IMG/VR virus record: IMGVR_UViG_3300020045_003333
Span: 1-36,247 of that record
Strand: one strand, 5' to 3'
From: a virus
Taxonomy: Duplodnaviria > Caudoviricetes
Length of the DNA stretch: 36,247 bases
Shown here in pieces: positions 7,315-14,494 of the stretch. How positions within the stretch are numbered: position 1 is the first letter of the stretch; every line of letters begins with the position of its first letter. The position numbers were made by a program, and so were the translations under genes. The notes beneath the pieces were generated by a model. The model had not been told where the DNA came from. It made no database searches and saw only the letters and a list, made by a program, of their open reading frames with translations.

Positions 7315-7607
7315 GCGACAGGATGTGTTATGTAGTAGAGTGCTCCGCTGGAAGTTATGACGATTATCATACTTGGATAGCTGGGATATTCCCTGATGCT
7401 ATTGATGCGGAAAACCTAAAGAATGAAATTACTGCAAAAGTAGAAGCTGACAGAAATATGCCTTGTCCTTACACAGAGGAAGAAATAGAATTTTTAACAG
7501 ACGAACAAAGCGAAAAATATCACAATTGGTGGTTTAAAAATAATGAAGCCGAAGAATTTAACTCTGCAAAAGTTGTTGAATACCCATTTGGTAAATCTTG
7601 TCGCTAA
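7263..7607 (+). CDS. Cassette 12 gene, hypothetical (GSYDDYHTW motif)
   Basis: Starts in site M (alternative ATG 7323), stops on the TAA of the terminal core. Confidence 0.7.
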   Translation: MMKNEENENKALSQTAVSDRMCYVVECSAGSYDDYHTWIAGIFPDAIDAENLKNEITAKVEADRNMPCPYTEEEIEFLTDEQSEKYHNWWFKNNEAEEFNSAKVVEYPFGKSCR

Positions 7608-7650
7608 CTCGTTGATTGTCGATATAAAAGTATTACTTTAATTTGTTAGC
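7605..7650 (-). other. Terminal non-hairpin core, candidate attI-like site
   Basis: The last TAAC is followed by T not G and has no long stem; AAAGTA-T-TACTTT palindrome at 7627-7639. Confidence 0.45.
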
Positions 7651-7651
7651 T

Positions 7652-7834
7652 ATGATAAAATATACAAAAGTCAAAGTAATAAAGATTACTCCAACACAGG
7701 ATGAAACTTTAAAAAAATTAGACTCATATAAAATAAATGTAGCTCAATTCATTCGTGACGCAATTTCAGAAAAGATTAAAAGGGAATATAAAGATTTAAT
7801 TCCTAAACCAATAAAATTTAAAATACCATTTTAA
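7652..7834 (+). CDS. Ribbon-helix-helix-like DNA-binding protein
   Basis: KVIKIT strand, helix, then NVAQFIRDAISEKI pattern typical of Arc/MetJ/CopG folds. Confidence 0.65.
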   Translation: MIKYTKVKVIKITPTQDETLKKLDSYKINVAQFIRDAISEKIKREYKDLIPKPIKFKIPF

Positions 7835-7836
7835 CC

Positions 7837-8397
7837 ATGAAAAAACTAATATTATTTTTACTATTTACAACGGTAGTAAGTGCGCAAACAAGACGAACAG
7901 AACCAGCCGTTTATTTTTCAATGGCAACGGACATTAGAAACGCTACAATAGGAAGCGAACCGACAAATAATAAAGCGGAATTAGACTTACTTTTCCACGC
8001 TTCATTAGTCGGTATCAAAGGAACTGAAATAGGTATTTATTACGAAATGTTTCCGTCAATCGATTATTACGCTATGGGTTGTACTGTTGGACAACAATTT
8101 GAGTTATACGCCTATGTTCGAGGATTAGAGTTTAAAACTATATTTGTTCCCTCAATAACTTTTAACGGTATTGGAAGGTATGATGATTGGGGAGGTTCAA
8201 TTCCAAATGAAGACGAAGCATTGTTTTTAACAATCGGTTTAAATACTGAATTTAGGTGGAATATAACTGAACATTTTGAAGTTGGTTTTTTAACTGCTTT
8301 TAGTTCTGCACCTGATTTAAACGAAGCGTACTATGAAGAGGGAAACCATTACAGATTTTCTAATTATGCTAAATTTATTTATAAACTTAAATTGTAA
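7837..8397 (+). CDS. Secreted, putative outer-membrane beta-barrel protein
   Basis: Signal peptide MKKLILFLLFTTVVSA-Q; amphipathic strands; aromatic C-terminal strand. Confidence 0.6.
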   Translation: MKKLILFLLFTTVVSAQTRRTEPAVYFSMATDIRNATIGSEPTNNKAELDLLFHASLVGIKGTEIGIYYEMFPSIDYYAMGCTVGQQFELYAYVRGLEFKTIFVPSITFNGIGRYDDWGGSIPNEDEALFLTIGLNTEFRWNITEHFEVGFLTAFSSAPDLNEAYYEEGNHYRFSNYAKFIYKLKL

Positions 8398-8401
8398 TAT
8401 T

Positions 8402-8653
8402 ATGATACAAAAAGAAAAAGCAAAAGAGTTAATTAAAAAATATTCTTTTTTAAAAGAAAGTTTTAGTCCGTCAATACACGAACAGAAAAGATGTGCTATA
8501 ACAGCAACTGAAATTGAATACCATTCTAATAGAGAATTATTATTTAATTTACGGTCATGTGGAATGATTCAAAACGATAAAGTATATCTTATTAGGTTGC
8601 AACATTTGATAGATGAAGAAAAAGAAGTAAAACAAGAAATAGAAAAACTATGA
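8402..8653 (+). CDS. Hypothetical phage protein (KEKAKELI...EVKQEIEKL)
   Basis: ATG 8402 avoids overlap with the upstream gene. Confidence 0.7.
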   Translation: MIQKEKAKELIKKYSFLKESFSPSIHEQKRCAITATEIEYHSNRELLFNLRSCGMIQNDKVYLIRLQHLIDEEKEVKQEIEKL

Positions 8654-8790
8654 AAACACCAGAATGTAAATGCTTTTCAGGCAAGAAACTAAATGTAATA
8701 ATTCATAACGGAGTAGAAACAGATATGATACTTTGTAAAGAATGTATAGAGAAAAATTGTAAAAGCGGTAATTTAATTGAAGTAAAATAA
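8650..8790 (+). CDS. Small Cys-rich protein, 46 aa (MKTPECKC...LCKEC)
   Basis: Hand-translated; ATGA overlap upstream, 2-nt gap downstream. Confidence 0.6.
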   Translation: MKTPECKCFSGKKLNVIIHNGVETDMILCKECIEKNCKSGNLIEVK

Positions 8791-8792
8791 TT

Positions 8793-9149
8793 ATGGATGC
8801 AAACCAATTACGTATCGGAAATTTAGTTTATTTTGGAATAGTAAAAGAACCTATTAAAATATTATCTATAAATCCAAATAGTTCTACAATAGAAATGGCA
8901 GAACCAATCCCACTATCAGAAGAATGGTTGTTGAAGTTTGGGTTTGGAAAAATGGAAATGCCAGAGAGTGAAGTTAATGAATATATATGCGATTATTTCA
9001 ATTGGACTAATTTTCAACTACATAGAAAAAGTAATTATAATTATTTTTTAAGTAGTTGGTCTGATTCAATTATTGGAGAAATTAAATACGTTCATACTTT
9101 ACAAAATATTTTTTACTGCCTAACAGGAGGGGAGTTAACTATCACTTAA
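8793..9149 (+). CDS. QLRIGNLV...YVHTLQN family phage protein
   Basis: ORF track; paralog of the cassette 7 gene. Confidence 0.8.
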   Translation: MDANQLRIGNLVYFGIVKEPIKILSINPNSSTIEMAEPIPLSEEWLLKFGFGKMEMPESEVNEYICDYFNWTNFQLHRKSNYNYFLSSWSDSIIGEIKYVHTLQNIFYCLTGGELTIT

Positions 9150-9873
9150 CAATAAACAACACAGCAGATGTAGCAATTCCAATAGTTCCGATTACTTGCC
9201 AGAAAGTCTTTTTATTCTTTTCTTTACGCAATGATTTCTCAACTATTTTAGTCGCTTCGTCTGCTTTTTCATTAGCTTTTTTTAAATCTGAAACTGATAA
9301 CATAAAAGAATCGTTGCTTTTAATTAAAGTCAAATTCACAGAATCCAAACTATCAATAATAACCTCTGATTGATATAACGCTGTTTCGGCTATTTTTAAC
9401 GATGCTGTTGCTCCATCGCCTTTAATAAGGTCTTTTATTATAAATCTGTTTAAAGTATCGCTTAAAACGAGTCCTTTTGATTGAATAGGTATATTTGTAT
9501 AATTGTAACGGTCTTTGTAATATTTTTTAATACCTATTAAATCCATGGTCTTTACTTTGTCAACTTTCCTTGAAGTTTCTTTTTTTGCCATGGCTAAATC
9601 AGTTTTAGTATCTTCTAATTCAGAACGCAAAACTTTTATAAATTCTCTTTGCTTTTCTGCCGTTTCTCTAAATGCAATTGCTTTTTTTTCGTGAACTAAA
9701 GCGGAGTTTTTGTAGATAGTACTTTCTGCCTTTGCCTTTGCAAAATCTTCCGATAGTTCCGAACTTCCTGAGCAAGATTTAAACAGGAAAAACAAAGCGA
9801 TAGCCAAAGCCACGTAAGACCAATTTTTGTAAATCCATTCTTTTGCATAAATAAGGTTTAATTGTGGTATCAT
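9142..9873 (-). CDS. Putative spanin (lipobox-like N-terminus, coiled coil, C-terminal TM helix)
   Basis: ALAIALFFLFKS-C; C-terminal FWQVIGTIGIATSAVLFIVK; follows the endolysin. Confidence 0.6.
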   Translation of the reverse strand: MIPQLNLIYAKEWIYKNWSYVALAIALFFLFKSCSGSSELSEDFAKAKAESTIYKNSALVHEKKAIAFRETAEKQREFIKVLRSELEDTKTDLAMAKKETSRKVDKVKTMDLIGIKKYYKDRYNYTNIPIQSKGLVLSDTLNRFIIKDLIKGDGATASLKIAETALYQSEVIIDSLDSVNLTLIKSNDSFMLSVSDLKKANEKADEATKIVEKSLRKEKNKKTFWQVIGTIGIATSAVLFIVK

Positions 9874-10325
9874 AAACTAAAAGGTTTAGCGAAAAAGACA
9901 TTAGTATTTTTACGGGTTCTTCTCATTACTATACCTCCGTTACTGTCGTTGCCTAAAGCAGTGTTTCCCTCAATAGTTTCAAATGTTTTGTGTTCATCAT
10001 CTAACCATTTAACAAATAATCCTGTGTGGTCAAATCTTCCATCGCCTTGCCAATCAAAGAAAACAATATCGCCCTCCTCTGGTAGTATAGTTCTTAAGTT
10101 ATTCTTTTTAAAATGTGCTACTGCTGTTTGACATCCTGCAAAACCTTTACTAAATCCGATGTTACCTAACGGATGTCCTGCTTGTGCATAACACCAACTA
10201 ACAAACATACCGCACCATGGAACACCATCTAGCAAAAACCAAGCTCCATATTTTGTTTTGTTACTGTTAGCTGGTTTCTCACTGTAACCTATCTCTTTCT
10301 TCGCAATCTCAATTACTTTGCTCAT
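9870..10325 (-). CDS. Endolysin, CHAP domain
   Basis: PWCGMFVSW, GDIVFFDW, DHTG, TIEGNT motifs. Confidence 0.9.
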   Translation of the reverse strand: MSKVIEIAKKEIGYSEKPANSNKTKYGAWFLLDGVPWCGMFVSWCYAQAGHPLGNIGFSKGFAGCQTAVAHFKKNNLRTILPEEGDIVFFDWQGDGRFDHTGLFVKWLDDEHKTFETIEGNTALGNDSNGGIVMRRTRKNTNVFFAKPFSL

Positions 10326-10327
10326 AA

Positions 10328-10594
10328 TTACTCTGATTTAGTTATTGTTGTTTTTGAAGATATTTCTTCCTGATATGAATCTACTGGTATATTCTCGTTT
10401 GGTTTTTGCGTTCTAAATAAAGAGAATCCACCAGATCCTAAAAATCCTAAAAATACAAACTCTTTAACTTCAAATCCTATCTGAAACAAAGGGACAAAAG
10501 CATAAGCAAGAGCCGTAAAGAAACTACTAAAAGTCATTAATCTTTTCTGACTCCATTTGCCGTTAACCGTTAAGGTATCTGTTAATAATTTCAT
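10328..10594 (-). CDS. Holin-like protein
   Basis: GKWSQKRL followed by two TM segments; adjacent to the endolysin. Confidence 0.65.
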   Translation of the reverse strand: MKLLTDTLTVNGKWSQKRLMTFSSFFTALAYAFVPLFQIGFEVKEFVFLGFLGSGGFSLFRTQKPNENIPVDSYQEEISSKTTITKSE

Positions 10595-10666
10595 CTTTCA
10601 AAAGTATAAATCATTTGACCGTTTTCGTATGTGATTACGGTAAATAGCATTGTCGATGTGATTGAA

Positions 10667-11011
10667 TTATTTGTCATTTTCGTGGTTTTCAATAGAATAA
10701 ATCTTTCTTTCTGGTGTAGCAAGGAAAGTTTTATGAATAAAAATAGTAATTAAACCACCCAAAATAAACCAACCAAAGGTTTTAATCAATTCATTTACAA
10801 CTGATTTATCCTCTAAAGCTCTTAATCTCGTAGGCACATCCTCTAACTTAACATTAAATAATGCTACCGTAGTTTTTAAATCAGCTATTGTAATTTCTAA
10901 ACTATCAATAGATTTGTCAAACTTTTCTTTATGTGCTTTCAATCTATCCATTTCATTTTTCAACTTATTCAATTCAATTGTTTGCTCCATGTTTATATAT
11001 TTTTGAGCCAT
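10667..11011 (-). CDS. Coiled-coil plus single-TM protein (lysis-associated)
   Basis: Heptad repeat then FGWFILGGLITIFI. Confidence 0.6.
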   Translation of the reverse strand: MAQKYINMEQTIELNKLKNEMDRLKAHKEKFDKSIDSLEITIADLKTTVALFNVKLEDVPTRLRALEDKSVVNELIKTFGWFILGGLITIFIHKTFLATPERKIYSIENHENDK

Positions 11012-11048
11012 GTAATAGTAGGTTAATTTAAAAAATAGATTTGTCTTA

Positions 11049-11056
11049 CAAATATA
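11049..11056 (-). promoter_or_regulatory. Possible sigma70 -7 element (TATATTTG) upstream of the lysis genes
   Basis: TAnnTTTG match in the intergenic gap; no clear -33. Confidence 0.4.
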
Positions 11057-11070
11057 ATTAAATTGTTTAA

Positions 11071-11499
11071 TTATTTAGTAAATAGATTTGAGGGTAATTC
11101 TTTTTTATAAGTACCTAATAATTTATGCCTGTAAACATTTAAGTTTGTAAAATACATTTTCTTCGCTCTTTCTAAAATTAATTCCGGATTATATCCTAAA
11201 TGAATCATTACGGTTATCATTTCTAAATCAATATGCCTACCTACAAAACCATTGCAATTTCGCCAATCATGTATAAAAGAAGCCGTTTCAAACAATGTAT
11301 TACCTCTTTCTTTTACAAAGGTTGCACCGTCATAATTCCATTCATTGTTTTTAAAACTTTTCCAAACTTCATCAAACAATATCCACAACCTATTAAACGT
11401 ATCATTATCTTTATTTGAAACTAAAATTTCATTAACCATATACTTATAGCCTGTTTCAATTTCCTGTTTTGTAAAGTCTTTATAATACTTGCTTTTCAT
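11071..11499 (-). CDS. DUF1353-like protein
   Basis: YDGAT...ASFIHDW motifs. Confidence 0.5.
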   Translation of the reverse strand: MKSKYYKDFTKQEIETGYKYMVNEILVSNKDNDTFNRLWILFDEVWKSFKNNEWNYDGATFVKERGNTLFETASFIHDWRNCNGFVGRHIDLEMITVMIHLGYNPELILERAKKMYFTNLNVYRHKLLGTYKKELPSNLFTK

Positions 11500-12188
11500 T
11501 ATACTAACTCGTATAAAATGCCTTGCAATACAGTTGTAGTTCCGCCAGATTGTGTTGGTATTTCCATAGTTAAAGTGCCTCTTACCTGCATAGACTCGTG
11601 GTTTAAACTTGCATCGGTCAAAACCGCTTCAAAAGCCGATTTATTACCTAACTCCATATAATCGGTTATTTCCGATTTAAAGAAATAATATAAAAATGAA
11701 TACAAATCAGGTTGCTGACTTTTCAAGTAACTTAATATTCTTTGTCGCTGCTCTTTTCTAATCGTTTCTTTATCGTCAATAGATAATTCAACTTTTTTAT
11801 CCCACGAATCTACAACTTCACCACCTATATTATAAAGTTTAGCTGTTTTTATTATACCGTCAGGGTAAGTAGAATCTAATTCAAACCAGAATTTAGAAGT
11901 TATTGACCAAATCAAAACATCATCTTTAGTATATTTCTTTTCTCCTTTTAATCCCTTATCTGAAATAGGTTCTAACCTTTTTATTCCATATAAATTATCT
12001 AATTGTAATAATTTATAATCCATGTGGGTATATTCAGGATAAAATACGTGAAGGGCTATTTTACTATTTACATCTTCCACATAATTAGGGTCAAAGTCAA
12101 TAGTTTCATAATCTACTCCATTAGGAATAGTTTCTAAATCTAAAGTTTCAATAGATTGATTTTCTAAAGTGTATCTATATTTTATCAT
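11499..12188 (-). CDS. Hypothetical protein (possible fibre chaperone)
   Basis: ORF track; follows the fibre gene. Confidence 0.6.
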   Translation of the reverse strand: MIKYRYTLENQSIETLDLETIPNGVDYETIDFDPNYVEDVNSKIALHVFYPEYTHMDYKLLQLDNLYGIKRLEPISDKGLKGEKKYTKDDVLIWSITSKFWFELDSTYPDGIIKTAKLYNIGGEVVDSWDKKVELSIDDKETIRKEQRQRILSYLKSQQPDLYSFLYYFFKSEITDYMELGNKSAFEAVLTDASLNHESMQVRGTLTMEIPTQSGGTTTVLQGILYELV

Positions 12189-13450
12189 GTTCTTGGAGTT
12201 GTTAATGTTTGGCGTAATTTTACATAGTCCATATACATAGTTCTTGATGTTGTGCCTGCAGTTTTAAATATAGCGTTAGCATTTACTAATCTTTTAGTAG
12301 CTCCAGTTGGTATATTAGTTGTATGCGTTGATACTAATACTCCATTTATATAAAAAGCAACTGATGTTCCCCCTGCGTTTACAATAATAGATAATTTGAC
12401 AAAGCCTGTAGTAACAACTGGAACTCCAGTGTCTGTAACTGTTTTTGTAAGAGCGTTAGTTGTAACTGTTTGCCAATTTGCAGATGCAGTAAAGTTAGAA
12501 AGTCCAGCAATGCCTCCTTCATCGTAAGTAAACCCTATTAAGTTTGTAGGGTTAGTTGTTGTGATAAACGTAGATAAACCAAATAAATTTACAAATCTTT
12601 CTGTAACTGTGCTTAAAGTTTCTATTTCAATTAAGGAATCATATAATATTTCTCCGTTGCCAACTACTATTACGCCCCCATTATGTGTACCACATACCGT
12701 AGTTCCTGAAACTCCTGATGATGTAGTTCCAGTTGAAAATATGCCTATTCCAACATTGCTTGAGGTTTCATTTGGAACAACGGTAGAGCCCTGAACCACG
12801 CTATTTAAAGCACCCGCACCCGCTGCATAATTATAAGAAATTCCATCAGCAGCCCCGCCACCAATAGCAGATTGACCATAGGCTAAAAAGTCATTAAAAT
12901 AATCTATTCCGTATGATTTACGCCAATCAGTTCCCCTTGCATCATCTAAAGTAGCTAATGTATAAGTTCCTGCTGTTTTGGCAGGGAAGTTTATAGCAGT
13001 TTCTGCTATTGGAGTTTCTATTCCTATAGTTGTACTTACTCCTGCTACTACATCTGTTTTTCTTAATTCTAATTCGCCTGAATTAATACCTAAAGATGCG
13101 CTCATTACTCCAATTTCTTCTGAAGATATACTTGCGCCTGTATTACCTATTGATACACTTGAATCAAAATCAGCGTCAGATGTTCTTAAAGTTATTTCTC
13201 TATCATCTGCTATTCCTCCAAGTAAATTTACATAACTATTCCCTGCTTCTTTTTCAGCATAACCTCCTTCATCTAAAACAGATTGTAAATCTTGAGTGCC
13301 ACTACCAGTAGTCAGGTTACTTATTTTTATCTTCTTTAACGTACCGTCCCCACTTTCAGTTAAATCAGAAACATCCATTATATTCACAAAATCGTTTGCG
13401 TCTGGTGTAGTGGCTAATTCTGGTACGTCAAAAACTCTTTTATTTGCCAT
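12185..13450 (-). CDS. Fibre / receptor-binding protein
   Basis: N-terminal attachment-type motif, DLQSVLDEG, G/T/S-rich body, lectin-like C-terminus (FYINGVLVSTHTTNIP...MDYV). Confidence 0.7.
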   Translation of the reverse strand: MANKRVFDVPELATTPDANDFVNIMDVSDLTESGDGTLKKIKISNLTTGSGTQDLQSVLDEGGYAEKEAGNSYVNLLGGIADDREITLRTSDADFDSSVSIGNTGASISSEEIGVMSASLGINSGELELRKTDVVAGVSTTIGIETPIAETAINFPAKTAGTYTLATLDDARGTDWRKSYGIDYFNDFLAYGQSAIGGGAADGISYNYAAGAGALNSVVQGSTVVPNETSSNVGIGIFSTGTTSSGVSGTTVCGTHNGGVIVVGNGEILYDSLIEIETLSTVTERFVNLFGLSTFITTTNPTNLIGFTYDEGGIAGLSNFTASANWQTVTTNALTKTVTDTGVPVVTTGFVKLSIIVNAGGTSVAFYINGVLVSTHTTNIPTGATKRLVNANAIFKTAGTTSRTMYMDYVKLRQTLTTPRT

Positions 13451-13451
13451 T

Positions 13452-14012
13452 TTATCTATAAATTAATTTATCATTTATTTGCATAGAAGTTAAGAAATCA
13501 TAGTTCATAGATAGTAAAAAGAAATCTTCTTCTGTTAATCCTAAAGTTGCAGGGTCTTCTATAAAATAACTTCCTTTTTCTTCTTTGCCAGTTAGTGTAA
13601 AAGAATAACCGTTAAATTCATTCTTTGCTCCTCCGCTTTTAAATTCAATAGTTCCACATTCAAGACCGTTATACAATCCAAATATTCGATATAAGCCATT
13701 ATTGTCTAAAACTAAACATCGCCAATCGTTTTTAATCATTTGCTCAAACTCTCTACTGCTTTTAGCTATAAACGACATTGATATATTTTGATTATAAAAC
13801 TTACCACCATCATTTTCTTCGTGTTGCTCACTTGCTGTTACTGGAATAACGCTGTCAAATCTAAATATAAATGATTCAGGAAATTGAATTAAATAATTAC
13901 CGTCTGTTACTATTTGTGAATAGTTATATTTTTGCCATTTTAATAGCCAAACAGTCTTAACCCCTCCTAAACTATCTTTACATTTTCTATTATAACCGCT
14001 TACAATTTCCAT
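13452..14012 (-). CDS. Tail-tube-like protein (paralog of 16505-17014)
   Basis: CKDSLGGVK / CKQNLGGLG and GGAKNEFNGYSFTLTG / GGAKAELNGYTLTG are shared. Confidence 0.7.
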   Translation of the reverse strand: MEIVSGYNRKCKDSLGGVKTVWLLKWQKYNYSQIVTDGNYLIQFPESFIFRFDSVIPVTASEQHEENDGGKFYNQNISMSFIAKSSREFEQMIKNDWRCLVLDNNGLYRIFGLYNGLECGTIEFKSGGAKNEFNGYSFTLTGKEEKGSYFIEDPATLGLTEEDFFLLSMNYDFLTSMQINDKLIYR

Positions 14013-14494
14013 CCACCTAATAGATTAATGTTTTTCATTGCGTTTACTTCGTCTTGACAAGTCTTATATTCTGGTAAAGTATTCTTGCAAATCCATTTAT
14101 TAAACCTTTGCACGTACATTTGAGCAAGAGCTTTATATTTTTCTGATAAATATTGTACTTCTGCTCTATCAACTACCTCTAAGTTATCGCCTGTGTGTTT
14201 AAATATACCTCCATTATCAACCATATAAGAAGCGATTTCTATATATTGAGCTAACGCTTCATTTTTAGTAATTGGTTTGATAAAATCGGTGTATAATTCA
14301 AGATACAAACCTGCTAAAGTATTCGCTTCTTTGTCTGCTTTAATTTTATCGTATAACTCCGTACCTAATAATGGTTCAATAGTTGTTAACTGTACATTTA
14401 AAATACAAAATAAATACTTATCCGTGTCCGTATTTCCACTTAATATAGTGGAACTGGTCATCTCTTGTGGTGTAATAAATAGTAATTCAGCCAT
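14000..14494 (-). CDS. Putative head-tail adaptor
   Basis: Directly after the portal; helical; IEPLLGTELYDKI motif. Confidence 0.6.
   Translation of the reverse strand: MAELLFITPQEMTSSTILSGNTDTDKYLFCILNVQLTTIEPLLGTELYDKIKADKEANTLAGLYLELYTDFIKPITKNEALAQYIEIASYMVDNGGIFKHTGDNLEVVDRAEVQYLSEKYKALAQMYVQRFNKWICKNTLPEYKTCQDEVNAMKNINLLGGWKL

Larger units (their letters stand above)
1547..7608. mobile_element. Integron-like gene-cassette array: 13 attC-like sites, 12 intact cassettes plus 1 remnant, no integrase
   Basis: Every intergenic spacer is TAACG...imperfect inverted repeat...TGTTA; each gene is bracketed by its own ~14-15 bp inverted ends. Confidence 0.9.

Noticed and set aside
1547-7608. CRISPR array or simple terminator/REP series as the explanation for the repeats
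   Set aside because: Repeats are not identical, spacers are whole genes, there are no cas genes or U-tracts, and terminators would not explain cassette-specific end matching
1899-7608. Invertible shufflon segments or MITE/IS elements (genes flanked by inverted repeats)
   Set aside because: All 12 genes share one orientation, no target-site duplications, invertase or transposase are seen, and the ends carry integron-type GTT/AAC cores; inversion is not strictly excluded
7645-7834. RHH gene as a thirteenth intact cassette (preceded by TGTTAGC)
   Set aside because: No hairpin body, no position-11 G, and no matching downstream end found
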